This document shows, piece after piece, positions 1-14,145 of a DNA stretch of 124,000 nucleotides; positions within the stretch are counted from its first letter, which is position 1, and each line of letters opens with the position of its first letter. The translations under genes were made by a program, and so were the position numbers. Below the pieces are notes generated by a model, which was not told the origin of the DNA, ran no database searches, and worked only from the letters and a program-made list of their open reading frames with translations. The stretch comes from Wallemia ichthyophaga EXF-994 (lineage: Eukaryota; Fungi; Basidiomycota), in assembly GCF_000400465.1 (NCBI RefSeq), contig NW_008806282.1, positions 20,001 through 144,000 of the forward strand, read 5' to 3'.

Positions 1-319
1 GGAATTGGGTACTGAGATTCAACCAATTCCTTCACAAATTGATAGATCGTTATACGTTGCACCAAACGCTAGTGATGACGATGGTCAAATTCAGCAATCT
101 CAACAACAACAAAAGGGTTTACCTACTTTACCACCAACTCAACAAGTCATGAACGCTTATTCACAACCACCACCTCAACCAACATTCAATCAATCGAATC
201 AAAATCACCAGTATCAACAACGTAGTAATCGTGGTGGATACAATAGTGGATATTATGGAGGATCTGGTTTTCGTGGCAGAGGTGGTGGACCACCACGTGG
301 AGGAGTTCCTAGAGCTTAG
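1..319 (+). CDS. DHH1: 3' end of DEAD-box helicase Dhh1/DDX6 (partial)
   Basis: ELGTEIQPIPSQIDRSLYVAP matches the conserved Dhh1 C-terminal segment; followed by a Q-rich and RGG tail; stop at 319. Confidence 0.85.
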   Translation, partial: ELGTEIQPIPSQIDRSLYVAPNASDDDGQIQQSQQQQKGLPTLPPTQQVMNAYSQPPPQPTFNQSNQNHQYQQRSNRGGYNSGYYGGSGFRGRGGGPPRGGVPRA

Positions 320-1585
320 AACTTTCATTTTACAGTTAATCAGTTTATCTTTCCTTTATCTTTTCCTTATGTGAAATAGTTTACTCTTTCATTTCCTCCT
401 CATTTCTTACGTTTCAATTCACTTTATTGCTTATACTACTTGAAGCACTCAAATCGTAGTATAATCGATGGCTCACTACTTGACAAATATTATTGCCATT
501 TCCTCAAATCCACAATTCCTCAGTGTTGAATTAGTTTCTACCTTAAACTAAACACTAAATTAAGCACTTAACCAACCATCAAACCTTGAATAAATCTAAG
601 AAGCTTAAACGCAAAGAGTACATTATTAAGACGTTCAACTTTCCACCTCACCTCATTCCATTTACAAGCCGTCAGGACGGGATACTTTACACTTTCACAG
701 AATATTCTGAATTATCGTTAAGTTTAGATATCCTCAATAACTTAGGTGATGTGTTCAACAGACATCATGCGCATATCCAACACACCTCTACCTACACTCT
801 GTAAACGACTAACAAACTAACAAAAGGCCTTCCGTATACACACAATCAGCCGAGAAAAGTTTTTTTTTGTTCAATTTGATTTTGTAAGTTAAATGCACAA
901 ATCACATTGAAATAATGCGTTATGCTGGAAGTATTGGGGAATTATCAATATAATATCAAGTATACAATGAGAAGTAACTGAAGTGACTGTGAACTTGTTA
1001 GAAAATCGTATGTACTGTGTTATAAGACAACTAATACAGCTGATACGTGATCAGACGTTTAAGATATATTATCAGCATAGAGACGGTTCAAGTGAACCAA
1101 GTCAGAAAGCCATGCATATGAATCTTAATCATCATCTTGTATAGCTAGTAGCAATTACTTATAATCTATACTCACCTAGAGCTAATTGTCAGTGTATTCA
1201 ATTATGATGAGACCATGGCAAGACAGAGAATCAGTCTATCATTTAAGGACAGCAGTCCATCCACATAAGCCATGGAAAGGCGTTGGATAATACATGCGTT
1301 TAAAGCATCATTTTGACACGCTGCCACAGCCTCTCAAGTAATTCTACTCACAACGTAGTGGTTCAGGTTGAAGAGTTGAGGAATAAAATTTGGAAATCTC
1401 ATTTAAATAATAAAAAACATAAATTTATTACATCATTTGATTTTAATCACAATACTTGTTTCAAGAGGTAATTCTGCTTACTTGATGACTTTGTACTTTA
1501 GCTATTTGATTGAGTTATTTGGAGTTATACCTTAAAATTGAACTTGAGTTGGGGAAAAAGAACTACAGCATTTGAATTGAACCGC

Positions 1586-2952
1586 TTAGTCTGCTTTGTT
1601 TTGAGTGTAATCCTATTCAATACCATCATCAGACACCGAGAAAACCAACTTAAAACAAACTAACCTCCATCTCAGCGTCCAAGTCTTCAGCTGATTTGGC
1701 AACTCTCTTCTCTTGCTTTGGCTGATCGCTGCGCTTTTTGGTTGGTTTCCTAGTGAAACCGTGTTAATTGATCTGCTCCAACGACTGCCGGTATAATTGG
1801 ATTTATTAAAGAATTGAACATTAATGACAACCCCAACGTATCCAAATATAACAGTGCAACAACGTGAAAGACGAAACTCACTTGATAGCCTTCTTGGTCT
1901 TTGGCTTAACAGTGGTGACTGCCTCAGCAGGCTTTGGAGCTAATCTTTGAATTAATCCGCTCTTATCTGATGATTCAACGACTATTTCAATCTTGATTGG
2001 TCTGTCTGTTGATTTTATATTGAAGAAAAAGCGCTCGTCAGTCATTTTGTTCTAAATCAATGCAAGCACACATTATTTAGATAGTGTGGGGTGTGTTTTT
2101 CCCAGCAATGCATTGTAGACTCTAGCTGACTAACTGAAGCTTGAATCCCTTTCAACTAAGCTACTCAAAGTGGGCGTGATTAGGGTCATTGGCGAAGTAT
2201 CAAATGGGTTTGTCTCAACTGCCTATCCAATTGAGCTGACTGTCAGCCAATACCTGTCGCGCGTGATACTGAAGATCAAGTCGGTTAGCTAGACATTTGC
2301 GAGCTGAGTGTGGGATGATTCCGTCACTATACGCGTCACTCTGAGTCGCGTCGCGTCGCTCCAACCAGTCTAAGCGTCAGCGAGTCTGCTCAGTATGAGC
2401 TTATGACGAGTAATGCTAGAAACATGCTCAGTCATTGCAAGTATCGTACATACTCACACAACTATCTAAATAATGTGTACTATGAAAAGGTAAGACTAAC
2501 TGTTGTCAATGACGCGACCATTAAACTCCTTAAAAGCCTTGTTGCCATCACCTTTTCTCTTAAATCTAACTTGACCAAAGCCCTTCGAGGTTCCTCTTTG
2601 GTCGTAGCTGATGCTGCACTCAGCTACTGGTCCCACAGTTTCAGTCATCAATTCCTAAAGCGGTGTGAGTAACAAATATAAGTTATTGAATCTTGCTCAC
2701 CTTAAGCGCGTGGTCATTAACGTCTGGTGGGAGGTTGGAGATGATGATCTTCTTAGCCTCCTCATTGAGTGCAGCACCATCCTTGGTCCTTGGAATGACA
2801 CGATCAGCAACAGGCTTAGCGCCTTGAGCCATACGCTTCGATTCACCCTGTTTAGCGCCGCTGAGACGCTTGCGCTGAGTGGTTTTGCGATGGCTTTTGC
2901 GTTCTTGACGCTTAGCCTTAATAACGTCTTCGAGTGGCTGGTCAATGTTCAT
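1586..2952 (-). CDS. YRA1: mRNA export adaptor Yra1/Aly (REF family), 5 exons
   Basis: N-box MNIDQPLEDVIK, RRM (KIIISNLPPDV...SKGFGQVRF...FNGRVIDNNRPIKIE), C-box KSAEDLDAEMEDY; introns include 2655-2700 and 2006-2500. Confidence 0.9.
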
Positions 2953-3083
2953 AGAGGACTTGGTGGAGTGAGAATTGAGTGAGAAATTTAATTTAATTTG
3001 CTCACCATATTTATTGATAAATCGTGGTGGTTGTGGATCAAGATGTAAATTTATTTTAAATTTAATCTTTAACGCGAACGACA

Positions 3084-3507
3084 ATGATTGCGATGAACGA
3101 AAATCTATTTGAAATGGCTAAATTTGATAAACTTGAATTATTACGGGAGATAGACGATGCTGAATATCTCGACTCCCTGCACGATTCAAGTTGAGATGCA
3201 GCACTCTTGTGTTGCGCGCTGACGCTGACGGATATTCTCATGATAGATATCTCGCTAAGATTGCAAAAAATCTGCTTGCTGTTTAATTGCTGGTTAAATA
3301 CTCGTAAGAAGTTTGAAACAGCGAGATTTCATCAGGAGATAAACGACGGCATCAAGGATATTGAGCTTGAGCATCTTAAGCAGGGTGATACAAATACTAA
3401 TATATATTTATAATTACAACTAACTCTTAACTCCCTTTTCAGAGCGCGAGATGAACAGACTAGCCATCTTTGCCAGTCAAATCGAATCCGCTACAAACAG
3501 CGATTAA
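3084..3507 (+). CDS. Small 3-exon coiled-coil-like hypothetical protein (~105 aa)
   Basis: Two GT-AG introns with matching phase-1 junctions join MNENLFEM...ISLRLQKICLL...EREMNRLAIFASQIESATNSD*; no family recognised. Confidence 0.55.
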
Positions 3508-3512
3508 TTTGT

Positions 3513-4748
3513 TTACGCAAATAAATGATGTGGCGCCGATGGCACTGTCTTTTGCTCCCTAGACTGTGTCGTTGAAATATCCGCAAGTAATGATCCTCCC
3601 TTGCCTTTACGCTTACCACGCCTCATCACTCCTCGTCTAGTAAACGAAAGTCCTTTGAATCTATAATGCTGTATTTATTCGTTAGTTGATGTATTTCCAA
3701 CTTTATTATCCCTTCTCACCTTCTTGTTCATATAGTAAAACAACACGCAATCTTGTACCGTTTTTCCAGGGATTTTTTCGGCTATCTCCGCGAATGATTT
3801 GGGTGTATCGACGTATGCTTTTAAGAAAACCTCCTTTTCCTCCTCACTCCAGGCTAGTGATTCGTAACTACGCTCATAATACCTTGTTGGGTCAAATATC
3901 CGCGCATTAGCGTCATTGTATGAGCAAGCCCATCTATCAATTGAAGTGACTTCTTGATTGGGTATATTAGCTTGAGTTCTGACTGCTCTGATCTTTGGAT
4001 CTCTCTTGTTCACTGTTTGTAGTCTTTGCAACATCTGATTCAAAAATTTTTCATTCTCCATTTCCTCCATATCGTTTTCATTGACGAGATGCATTGGCTC
4101 AGCATCTTGTGTCGCTTTCTCTATTATCGAACTTGAATCTGTTGCTTCCATGTCGGTGGATTCAACCGGTGGTGTTGCTTCTGCAACTACATGTTGAGGT
4201 ACAGCCGAAACAGGCTTACGGGACATATTTGCATTACGTCTATTTGTTAATTCAACATGCTCAACAGCTTCACCTCTTCTAGAACGCTTCTTCATTATAT
4301 GCTGTTGTTCTGCCTTTACTTTTACACCTCTCTCACAACTAGCTTCCCAATCAACTTGTAATGCTGCGTAATCATCGTTCAATCCCTCAATCTTTTGACT
4401 TCTGGCCTGATTTCTAAATATCATATACTCTCTCACCTTATCCTTGATTTGATCGTGCTGTTGCAAGACTTGAGATGTAAGCGAGTGAAACGTTTCAAGA
4501 TTACTATCTGTGTACTGTAATTCAAGCATTTCAACTGGCCTATCATTGACTTGCTCATTATTGAATTCCAAAGTCGGGTCTGGTGGATCGAATGATATCC
4601 CCTTGAGCTGCCTATCTTTCACCGTGTAGTTGACGAGTTGATCCAGATCATATAAAGGTGTTCCATCCGGTGCATCGGCTTCTACTCGTGCGCTTTGCCT
4701 CAATCCTGACACTGTGTGTGGATTTAACAGCGTCGGGTTTCGCATCAT
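3513..4748 (-). CDS. SANT/Myb-domain protein, Snt1/N-CoR-like
   Basis: WSEEEKEVFLKAYVDTPKSFAEIAEKIPGKTVQDCVLFYYMNKK SANT domain; short last exon after an intron at ~3670. Confidence 0.8.
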
Positions 4749-5545
4749 GATCGTCTTGTCTGAAGTTGCAATCGACGAGCAGGATTGGTACAATTGAAAA
4801 ATGAAAATTATATTTCGTGTTCGTAGCATAGTGTCCGGTAAGAAATGGTATTGACACACGCCATCTACCCCGTAATCTAATTACCGTGGGGCTAGACGGT
4901 AATGGCATGGAGACAAACTTGGAATTAAATAGGTATGGGGGTTTTTTGGCAGTGGCGGTTTAGCTATTAGCTATTTAAACTGCTTTTAATCCCCTTGTAG
5001 AGGAGAGGGAAAAATTTAACCCAAGTGTGAAACGAGCAATTAAGAAAGGAGGATGTAAGAAACGATAGCCAGATTGATCATAACAAGCGATAGATCATCT
5101 AAGAAAGCTTATATTACGTGTTATTTATCTACAATGCCAAAGTACGCCAAATGTATATTTATCCCTGCACAAGGATAACAAACATGTTTCAAACATCAAT
5201 GAAAGCAGCACTGAATTACTTCAGTTGATATATGTTACTTGCTAGGATTGGCCGTGTGGCAGCCAATCACATAAGCATGTAGAGAGAGGAGAGAGTGAGG
5301 TTGAAGCGAGTGTATTTATAGTTCCGCGTTTATTCTAAACTCTACTAGCGTCTAATATCTCTATTCCCCCTCAGACATAAATTTCGGTAGCAAACCAGGC
5401 CAGTTGAAAAGTGTGCAGACTTTGAATATAGTGATGGTACAAAAATTAGCTAACTTGTAATCCACTTAAACGCAATATCGGTCTTTTCGAGCGGTTGGAC
5501 TCCGCATCGCTCCTCTCAACTCCTTGCTAATTACCATCATCACCA

Positions 5546-6426
<881 letters not shown>

Positions 6427-6649
6427 GGTCGAAAAGGTTTAGCAAGTGGCTATATTTCATAAAGATAATCTTAAGCATTCTTCTCCCATCCATACACACT
6501 CTTATAAACTGATTGCTTATTTGACTTTTTCATCGTGAGGTGATGTGTGTGTGGAGTTTGTGTGAGCGTGTCGTTTAAAATCCCACTTAGGGTGCACTTA
6601 AATCAATTTTGTACCGACTAAAGCCATGCCTTCAAGGCTTCACGCCTTC

Positions 6650-6692
6650 ACGCGTCCACTTGTACACTTACAGCCAAAGTCAATACGCGAAA
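6650..6692. promoter_or_regulatory. MCB/SCB-like elements upstream of EXO1
   Basis: ACGCGT at 6650-6655 and ACGCGAAA at 6685-6692. Confidence 0.5.
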
Positions 6693-6736
6693 TCTAAATA
6701 AATCAAAAACATCTTCTTGTTTAACGTGGTTATGAC

Positions 6737-8976
6737 AGTGAGCTTGCTAGCACGTGAATATCTGTTTATTCGCTGACGAAATCAAGTGGGAATTTCAGGT
6801 CTAATCCCAACACTCAAGGATGCCTCAAAGCCCAAGCATATCTCAGAATACAAAGGTCAGACTTTGGCTATAGACGCTTATGTTCTGTTACATCGTGGCG
6901 CGTTCAGCTGTCCAGCTGAAATTGTCAAAGCTGGTCTAATTACCGATATCAATCAGCGTAATCTTGAATTATCAAAGTTATCAACCAAATTTCTCAATTA
7001 TTCCATTTTCCAGATAAAAGCAATGATTGCTATCAAGGTTAAACCCTACGTTGTCTTTGATGGTGGTCCACTTGGTGCTAAACTCTACACTGAATCCAGC
7101 AGGGACAAGTGAGTGGGGCAAGTACTTTGAAGCACCTCTTCTGACACTATGAAAGCTCTCGTGCAAAGAACCTCGATATTGCACTCAGGTTAGAGGCTCA
7201 GGGTAAAAAAACACAAGCTAGACAAGCGTTTAGCAAATGTGTAGATATTACGCCTCGTATGGCATACGAGTTAATTAAAGTGTGTCAGCCTTTTTCCCCT
7301 TCTCTCAATTAACCCACGACCTAAGGTGCTTCGTTCATTGAGAGTCGACTATGTTGTGGCTCCTTATGAAGCAGATGCGCAAATGTATCACCTAGAGAGA
7401 ATCAGCTTAGTAGATGGAATCATTACGGAGGATTCTGATTTGCTCGTTTTTGGTGCCAGAAAAGTTGGTTTTCTACCTCGCTTATTTTCCTTCATCTCAA
7501 AGTCACTTCTCAGGTCATCTTCAAGCTCAAGCAGGACGGCAGCTGTGACGAGATTTCTAGAGATAGATTTGGCTTGGTTCGTCTCGATGGTATCCCGCTT
7601 TGTTCAGGACAATGGACGGATGTCCACTTCCGTCGTATGGCCATGTTGAGTGGATGTGATTATCGTTAGTTGTTGCTCATCCTCTCTAATGCAATCATGC
7701 TCACGCAATACAGTCAAAAGTCTACCAGGTGTAGGATTAAAGAAGGCTTTTGATGCCGTTAGACGCGGCGGTGAAACTTTTGATATGTTGACACTCTACT
7801 TTCATCATCATTATGAAAATAAAGGAAAGAAGATACCCACTGACTACTGGTATAAGTTCAGGCTTGCAGATCTTGCCTTCATGCATCAAAGAATTTGGTG
7901 TCCGATTGAACGGAAAATCAAGCCACTAAATCCACTCCCTGTTGACTTTGCTCATAATGAAGAAATTAATGATTGGATTGGTTGTGATATGCCTGATGAA
8001 GTTGCTGAAGCTATTGCAAATGGCAACTTATGTCCAATCACCAATGAAGAGTTTGCAAATGAAGCCATTGCAACAAGACCTAAAGCTATGACAGCTAGAA
8101 ATACAATCAACGATAAAGTAGCACCTCAGAAATCATTATTTGATTTTTTTAACAAGAGTAGGTAGATATCATCAATAAGCGATCTCAATTGATTTGATAG
8201 AACCGACAGGTACCGGTAACAATAGTGGAAGAAAGTCGTTTGCGGGGGTCATTAGTGAGCGTAAAACTCCAAAGCACAATACATCAGCAGGTAGTAACCA
8301 TACGAAACAAAATCAGAAGGAAAATGTCTCCTCACCCTACTTTAGTGCCATAGCTAGCACATCTCAGCCAATAAAGAGGAAGTCTAATAAAGTAGAGATC
8401 CCACGCACTTTGAAACATGTATCGCCTGAACAACCACAACCAACCAACAACATCAGCTTCAGTTCGCCAACAGCAGCGTCTGATGAGCTGATATCATCTC
8501 CTGTCTCAGTTGACGTTTGTAAGGACGAAAAAAAAATATCGATTGAGGATGAGGAGGAAGAGGTCTTTGAGGAGTTTGATACGCCATCAAGAAAGGAAAA
8601 CATCAAGAAGGCTAAATTATCAATAGAAGCAACTCCAAGCCCAACTCAAAGACTGAAGCAACAGATCGAAATGAATGACAATATCAAGACTGGAGATGAT
8701 TGTCTTGATTCAGATGATGATTGTCAAATAATAACAGATAGCTCAATGAGGTCGAATGATACAATCACCAAAAGTTGGTGGGAGAGATTCTCATATAAAA
8801 CTACGCAATCACAATCAACTACAACTTCAACATCGATACCTTCTTCCCCACCAGCTGAAGAAAGAACACAATCAACACCATTCTCATCATTTTCTGTTGA
8901 TTCTCAACCTGAAAATGCTCCAGTTAAGTCAAAGTCGTCAATCAAGTTACTCAACTTTGCATACACTCGTCAATGA
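6737..8976 (+). CDS. EXO1: Exonuclease 1 (XPG/Rad2 family)
   Basis: [11 protein letters not shown]...[45 protein letters not shown]3[11 protein letters not shown]; low-complexity C-terminus; ATG split by intron 6738-6786. Confidence 0.92.
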
Positions 8977-9505
8977 ATTATATTATATTTAAGCATAAGG
9001 ACAATTGTATCACATTATACGTTAAATTACTCAGCACTGTTTTGATTTTGACGTCATTATGTCTCTTTGAATTGAATTTTAAATTATATGGGCCGTTGAA
9101 CTGCTGCTATTTTAATGAAGCTGTGACCTTTTTAAATTTCTGTAATTTAAGTTGTTATACTGTGTGCACTCCTTTACTACCAACAGAGTATTGTGTGCGC
9201 CTGGTCTTCATCCGAAGCGTTTCTCCCGGTAGCCGTATTTCTTCACAGAAGTCGAACAGAGGCATAAACTAGTGTATATCTGTGTATTATCTACATTCTG
9301 CATTCATGCTTGTTCTCCTTTCTTCCTTGAATTCTCTTGTAGAACTTCCTAGAGTTTTGTAGCTTCGTCAAAGATTTTAACCTCGCGTAATATAAAAGGT
9401 GAGCTCGTTTGTCCCGCTTTAATTGATACATTAAAATTTTCACCCATCCCGGAACCCATCTTAAGAGTTTCGCTGAATTAGGTTTACGCTTCACTACCAA
9501 CAACC

Positions 9506-11845
9506 ATGATAAACAAATTAAACTCAATATTTACGATCGTTATACTTCTAGCGCTCTGTCCAGCATCCATGTGCTTCGGCTCTGGTGATATTTCCGAAAT
9601 ATCCGGTCTAGAGGTAAGGTTCAGTTTGTTTGACATTGGTTCAGAATGCTAAAACAGAGCGTAGGACCGCGCCTACAGACATGGAGATATCGATAATACG
9701 CTACTTGAATTGCTTTTTACCGTAGGCTCAAGCAGCGTGATCAAATCATTCCTCAAGAAAGCTTTCACTGGTTCATCTGGGAAAAAGTTTGACGTAAAGA
9801 ATGTCAAAAGAGTCTACTTTGGTAACTGGACAAGGGACCTCAGTCAAGCAATGGACGTATCTACCTTGACCAAGTTCAGTCCATCTACAATCACCTCCAT
9901 TGTTGCGGTCCTTGGCTTTCTTTCGTTCGGCTATGGCTCAAGAGAATTTGAAGTAAATGAGGAAATCTTGGGATGCTACAGACCTGAAGAGCATATTGAC
10001 AATCCAAAGAACTACGCAGATGCACCAGAAGGCTCTCCAAGAGAGATAACCGGCTATGATAAATTGCGTGGCGGGCTCGTTGACGGTGAATTAGACTTTG
10101 ACGAAAGGACAGGAATGAAAAACTACATAGCTAATGAAGACGGTGATTGGGACACTAGTTCAGAATATATCCGCAAAAATCTAATCGAATCCATCGAGCT
10201 CGGCAGAGAGGCGAGAAACGGTGGTACTGATGAGCAAATGTGGCATGCTTTGTATTTGCTTGGCAGAGCACTTCATTGCGTCGAAGACTGGCCAGCACAT
10301 TCAAACACAATCGAAGTCACCCTGCAATCACTGGGCTACTCAGATGTTTTCACTCACGTCGGAAGCAATGTAAGGGTTGAAGCACCCGACGGAAGAATGG
10401 TATCGCCAATCGTCACAGGAACATTTGGAGGTGCAGACTTCCTCCATTCCCTCCTTGGTGAGGCTACCGACAAGCTAAGCAGTCAAGGAATAGGTGATTT
10501 GAGTACGACTCTGTCTCAAAACAGGGAAAGCAATAACTCAGACCGGTTCAGAAAACTATTAGCTATGCTGCTCAAGTCCAAAGATAAGGGGGAAGCTGAT
10601 AATGACGATGAGGAAGGCCACCCTAGTGCTGATGACACAGTCAACAAACTGGATGACATCAGTCGTCACACGCATGAGGACTCTATTGATGAGAGTGAAG
10701 TTCGCGATATAATTAGGCAACTAATTAACATTCACGACGATATTGCAAGAACCATTGATGCAGTTATCGAGAAAGTACCCTTCATAAGCGATATACTGGA
10801 TGAGGCTTCTAATACACTGCAAGTTTTTATATTTTCCACTTTAGAACCTGTTCTCTCGCCTATTTTAAAGGATTTAAAGGACGTGATGTTCGAAGCCTCA
10901 GCTTGCGTAGTCGATGACGACTCTCAGCGTGAGGTCTTTGATGATCCCGACGCAAGCGACCCAACTCACTCGATGCTTGCAAAGGACCACTTTGGAAACG
11001 TACTTAACGCGCCTGCTGGTAGACTGGCGAAGTTGATGATCACCCACATTGTCAATGCTGTAGTTAAGGATGGCTGGGATGGGGAAGCGTAAGTGTCGCT
11101 GCAATTTTCACACCAGTGCTGACGCGCTATGCATAGGGACCCTAGCTCAATCGCCGATGAAGCTCTTCAAGCTCTCCATCATCCAGATTTTCAAAATGGT
11201 TCTGCTATTCAGGAAGATATGATGCAATTCGTCAAAGATTGGATTGAGTCTCAAGGAGAAGAAAAAGATGAAGTCCTGCGTAGATTGGAGAGAGACAGCG
11301 TTCTCGAACATCGCAATACAACTGATGGACTAAGTGGTGGGTCAATGAACCCAACTGATCAGGAGAAATACGGCAAATACTATGGTGCCAGTCAGGGTCT
11401 TCAAGGTCTTGCTGCGTCTGGGGCCCTGGATGGACTTCCTGGAGGCGAGCAGCTGAGTGAAGGTCTTACCGCCTTGCAACTTGGTGGTGGTGACACGAAT
11501 GAGTCTGTCGAACGCTCAAGATACGGCAGTAACAACCCAGCTCAGTACCGATCAAGCCACGAGGATAGTGGTGAGTATGCTAACGAGAGCTATGGCTCTG
11601 GCTTCAACTCAGGAAATGAATATCGTTCTGGAAACCATTATCAATATACTGGCTATGGAGGTCAGCAATCTCCTTACGGTGGTGGCGGATTACAGCCTAA
11701 CTACGGCAACAGCGGCTACGGTGGTCCACAAGCTTATGGTAACCCTGCTTACCCGGCATACCCAAACCAGCAATATGGCTACGGTTATACTGGTCAAGAG
11801 TACGGTAATGCGTACGGACAAGATTCAAACTATTACACTCAATAA
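9506..11845 (+). CDS. Het-C domain protein (paralog 1) with signal peptide and G/Y/N/Q-rich tail
   Basis: MINKLNSIFTIVILLALCP..FGSGDI..YRHGDI, VYFGNWTRDLSQAMD, YRPEEHIDNPKNY, TGMKNYIANE, HCVEDWPAHSN, TGTFGGADF, DPTHSMLAKDHF. Confidence 0.9.
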
Positions 11846-12142
11846 TACCTGCTGAATTGACAAATATATCTTGATGACGTCTACGATTTACTTTCTTCGA
11901 CAGATGAATGATTTGCTTTTACAATTCTCCTTATCAGTGTTGTCATATTGCACTTTAATGTCGGCTTTAAAGGCTATATAAAGCCAGTATCATCTCACAT
12001 CCGACTGGTCGACGTCATAGCTGTGATAAGGTGGTATGATGAAAGTGATTGTCATAATAGCACGTTGCTTTCTAACCGAATTTGACCATCTTAACTTTAC
12101 ATCTTTGCTCTAATCTTCCCAAAATATCATCACTTATACCTC

Positions 12143-14145
12143 TTATGGCATTATCTTTGAAGGAGATCGTTGCTGAAAAAACGAGTCTTGCCAAAGAAGC
12201 CATGGAGGCTAATCAAACGCTGGGCGATAAGCCAGCTTCGGCAAACTTGGAGAGATCTACGCTGTAAACAGACTCATCTCGGGAAGGCTCTGGAGATACG
12301 ATGCCACCGCCTGATAAAAGTTTATTATCTCTTCTTCAGCAGCAAAAACAAGTGATGGCATCCAATAGCAATAAATACGATGCTAATAGTATGACCGGGA
12401 CATCTATTCATCCCCGCTCTAGATTTTATAACAACTATAGGCAGTAATTGCAGGGCTACAACCAGTCGAATAACATTTATCAATCGACAGAAGAAAGTCA
12501 ATTTGACGCATACATTCAGCAGTTGCCATGTTTCGTAGCACCAGAGAATTATGTTAAGGCGAAATGGGAACAGACCCTGTCTATATCAAAAATTTGCGCA
12601 CTTTATTTATTGAAGAAATCAGCTAAAAGTTTGCACAATCTTCCAGCCCAGAAATGAGAGAGACGGAAGTCAACAGTGATTTCACCGCTCCGGCAACTAG
12701 CACCGCGAGACCAAGTCTTATATACCAGAGTCCAAATTACTATACACTGTGGAAGACAACTACTCAAGCTCTTTGTGGACAGCTTGACATGAAGTCAAGT
12801 GTTGAAGAATTGCTGCAGGGCGTGAACCTCAAACCATCGGCCTCTGAGGAGGTATACTTTACCCAGATTGAAGGTGATATGTGTAATGACAAGGACAATA
12901 AGATGAGCACAGACGAGATGACTAAGTCTGAAATTGTTCCTGACGCGGAAGCGCAAGATGAAGACAAACAAATGGAAAAAATTAAAGTTGACTCAGGTGA
13001 AAATCAAGCTGCAAAGAAGAACCAAATGATAGTAGCGACTCTGAGAAAACATTAAGGGACAATAAACACTTTTAAGACCAGTCAAGTGAGGATGTGAAGC
13101 CTGACGTGAAGCCTTGCAGTACAGAACTCGAACAAGAACACAGCAAAGAAGCAGAAAACATACTGAGATCACTACGCATTCTTATTTTTACTCAACATCC
13201 ACCTAACGAGAAGACAACAATGAAATGCTTTGGAAATTTTGAGAACTGGTCCGTTTCTTTAACCACTCAACAACTTATTTAACATTAGAACAGTATCGCA
13301 ATCAACAGCTTTTCTAAAAATAAAGAGATATTCCACATTACTAACGCGCTGGTAATTATGGGAACATTAGCTGATATTTATGGATCATTTGGTCAGATTG
13401 GCATTAGCTTGCTCACTACAGTTGTATTTGATGACGTGAGTCTTATTTGAGCAAGCACCGGATTTACTGACAAAACCAGCTCGTCAATAATGACGAATGG
13501 CAAGAAACACTCTCAGCTGTCGCACGCAGAATAGAAGAAAAATAATCAACCTCAATACAAGTTATTGTTTGCTCTAGCTTTTTTTTTTCACTCGAATTGG
13601 TACAAGATATGGTTTCGGAAGTACCATTAACGGTACTTGGATAAATCAAACCAATGGTCCTTAGAGGTGTTGACGATTTTCTTTTCGAAAGACACTTAGC
13701 TCCTGACGATAATATTGAAAAAGACTTGGCGGAATTATCTGAAACATCACCATTCATAGTGTACTGCGCTTTTGACAAGCACGCTGAGAAACAATATGAA
13801 AAAATCAAGCCATTGCAGAGTTCATCCTGCCTGGTGAAAAAGCACATACTGGAAGATACTCAGCTTATTGAGGAGTTTAATCGTGGCGAGAAGAAGATAC
13901 TGATAACTACGTCGATAATGTCAAGATCCAAGGCAGTGGAAGAATCACCGCTAGTCATCGTTCAATCGGCTCCGCATAACCTGGAACAGTATTCGAATAT
14001 CGTTGGGAGGCCAATATTCTCTAATCACAAAGTCAAATGCATCATAGTTTCTAGTTCAGAAAAGGAGACAAACATTATAAAGACTTACAGGCAGAATTTT
14101 CAACTATTACTGAGCATTCCGAATGATTGCAAGTATCTTTACTAA
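12143..14145 (+). pseudogene. Degenerate DEAD-box (Dbp5-like) helicase remnant
   Basis: Collinear decayed motifs VIMGTLADI, VVFDD, QVIVCSS, KILITTSIMSRS, YSNIVGR; in-frame TAA at 13543 and 13642; 5' exons do not join cleanly. Confidence 0.45.

Noticed and set aside
1203-1380. ATGATGA C-box-like motif suggesting a C/D snoRNA
   Set aside because: No convincing D box, terminal stem or rRNA guide was found; needs snoscan or Infernal.
13543-13644. A-to-I editing or stop reassignment to explain the in-frame TAA codons
   Set aside because: TAA terminates many intact genes here, and fungal restorative editing typically targets UAG; pseudogenisation is simpler.
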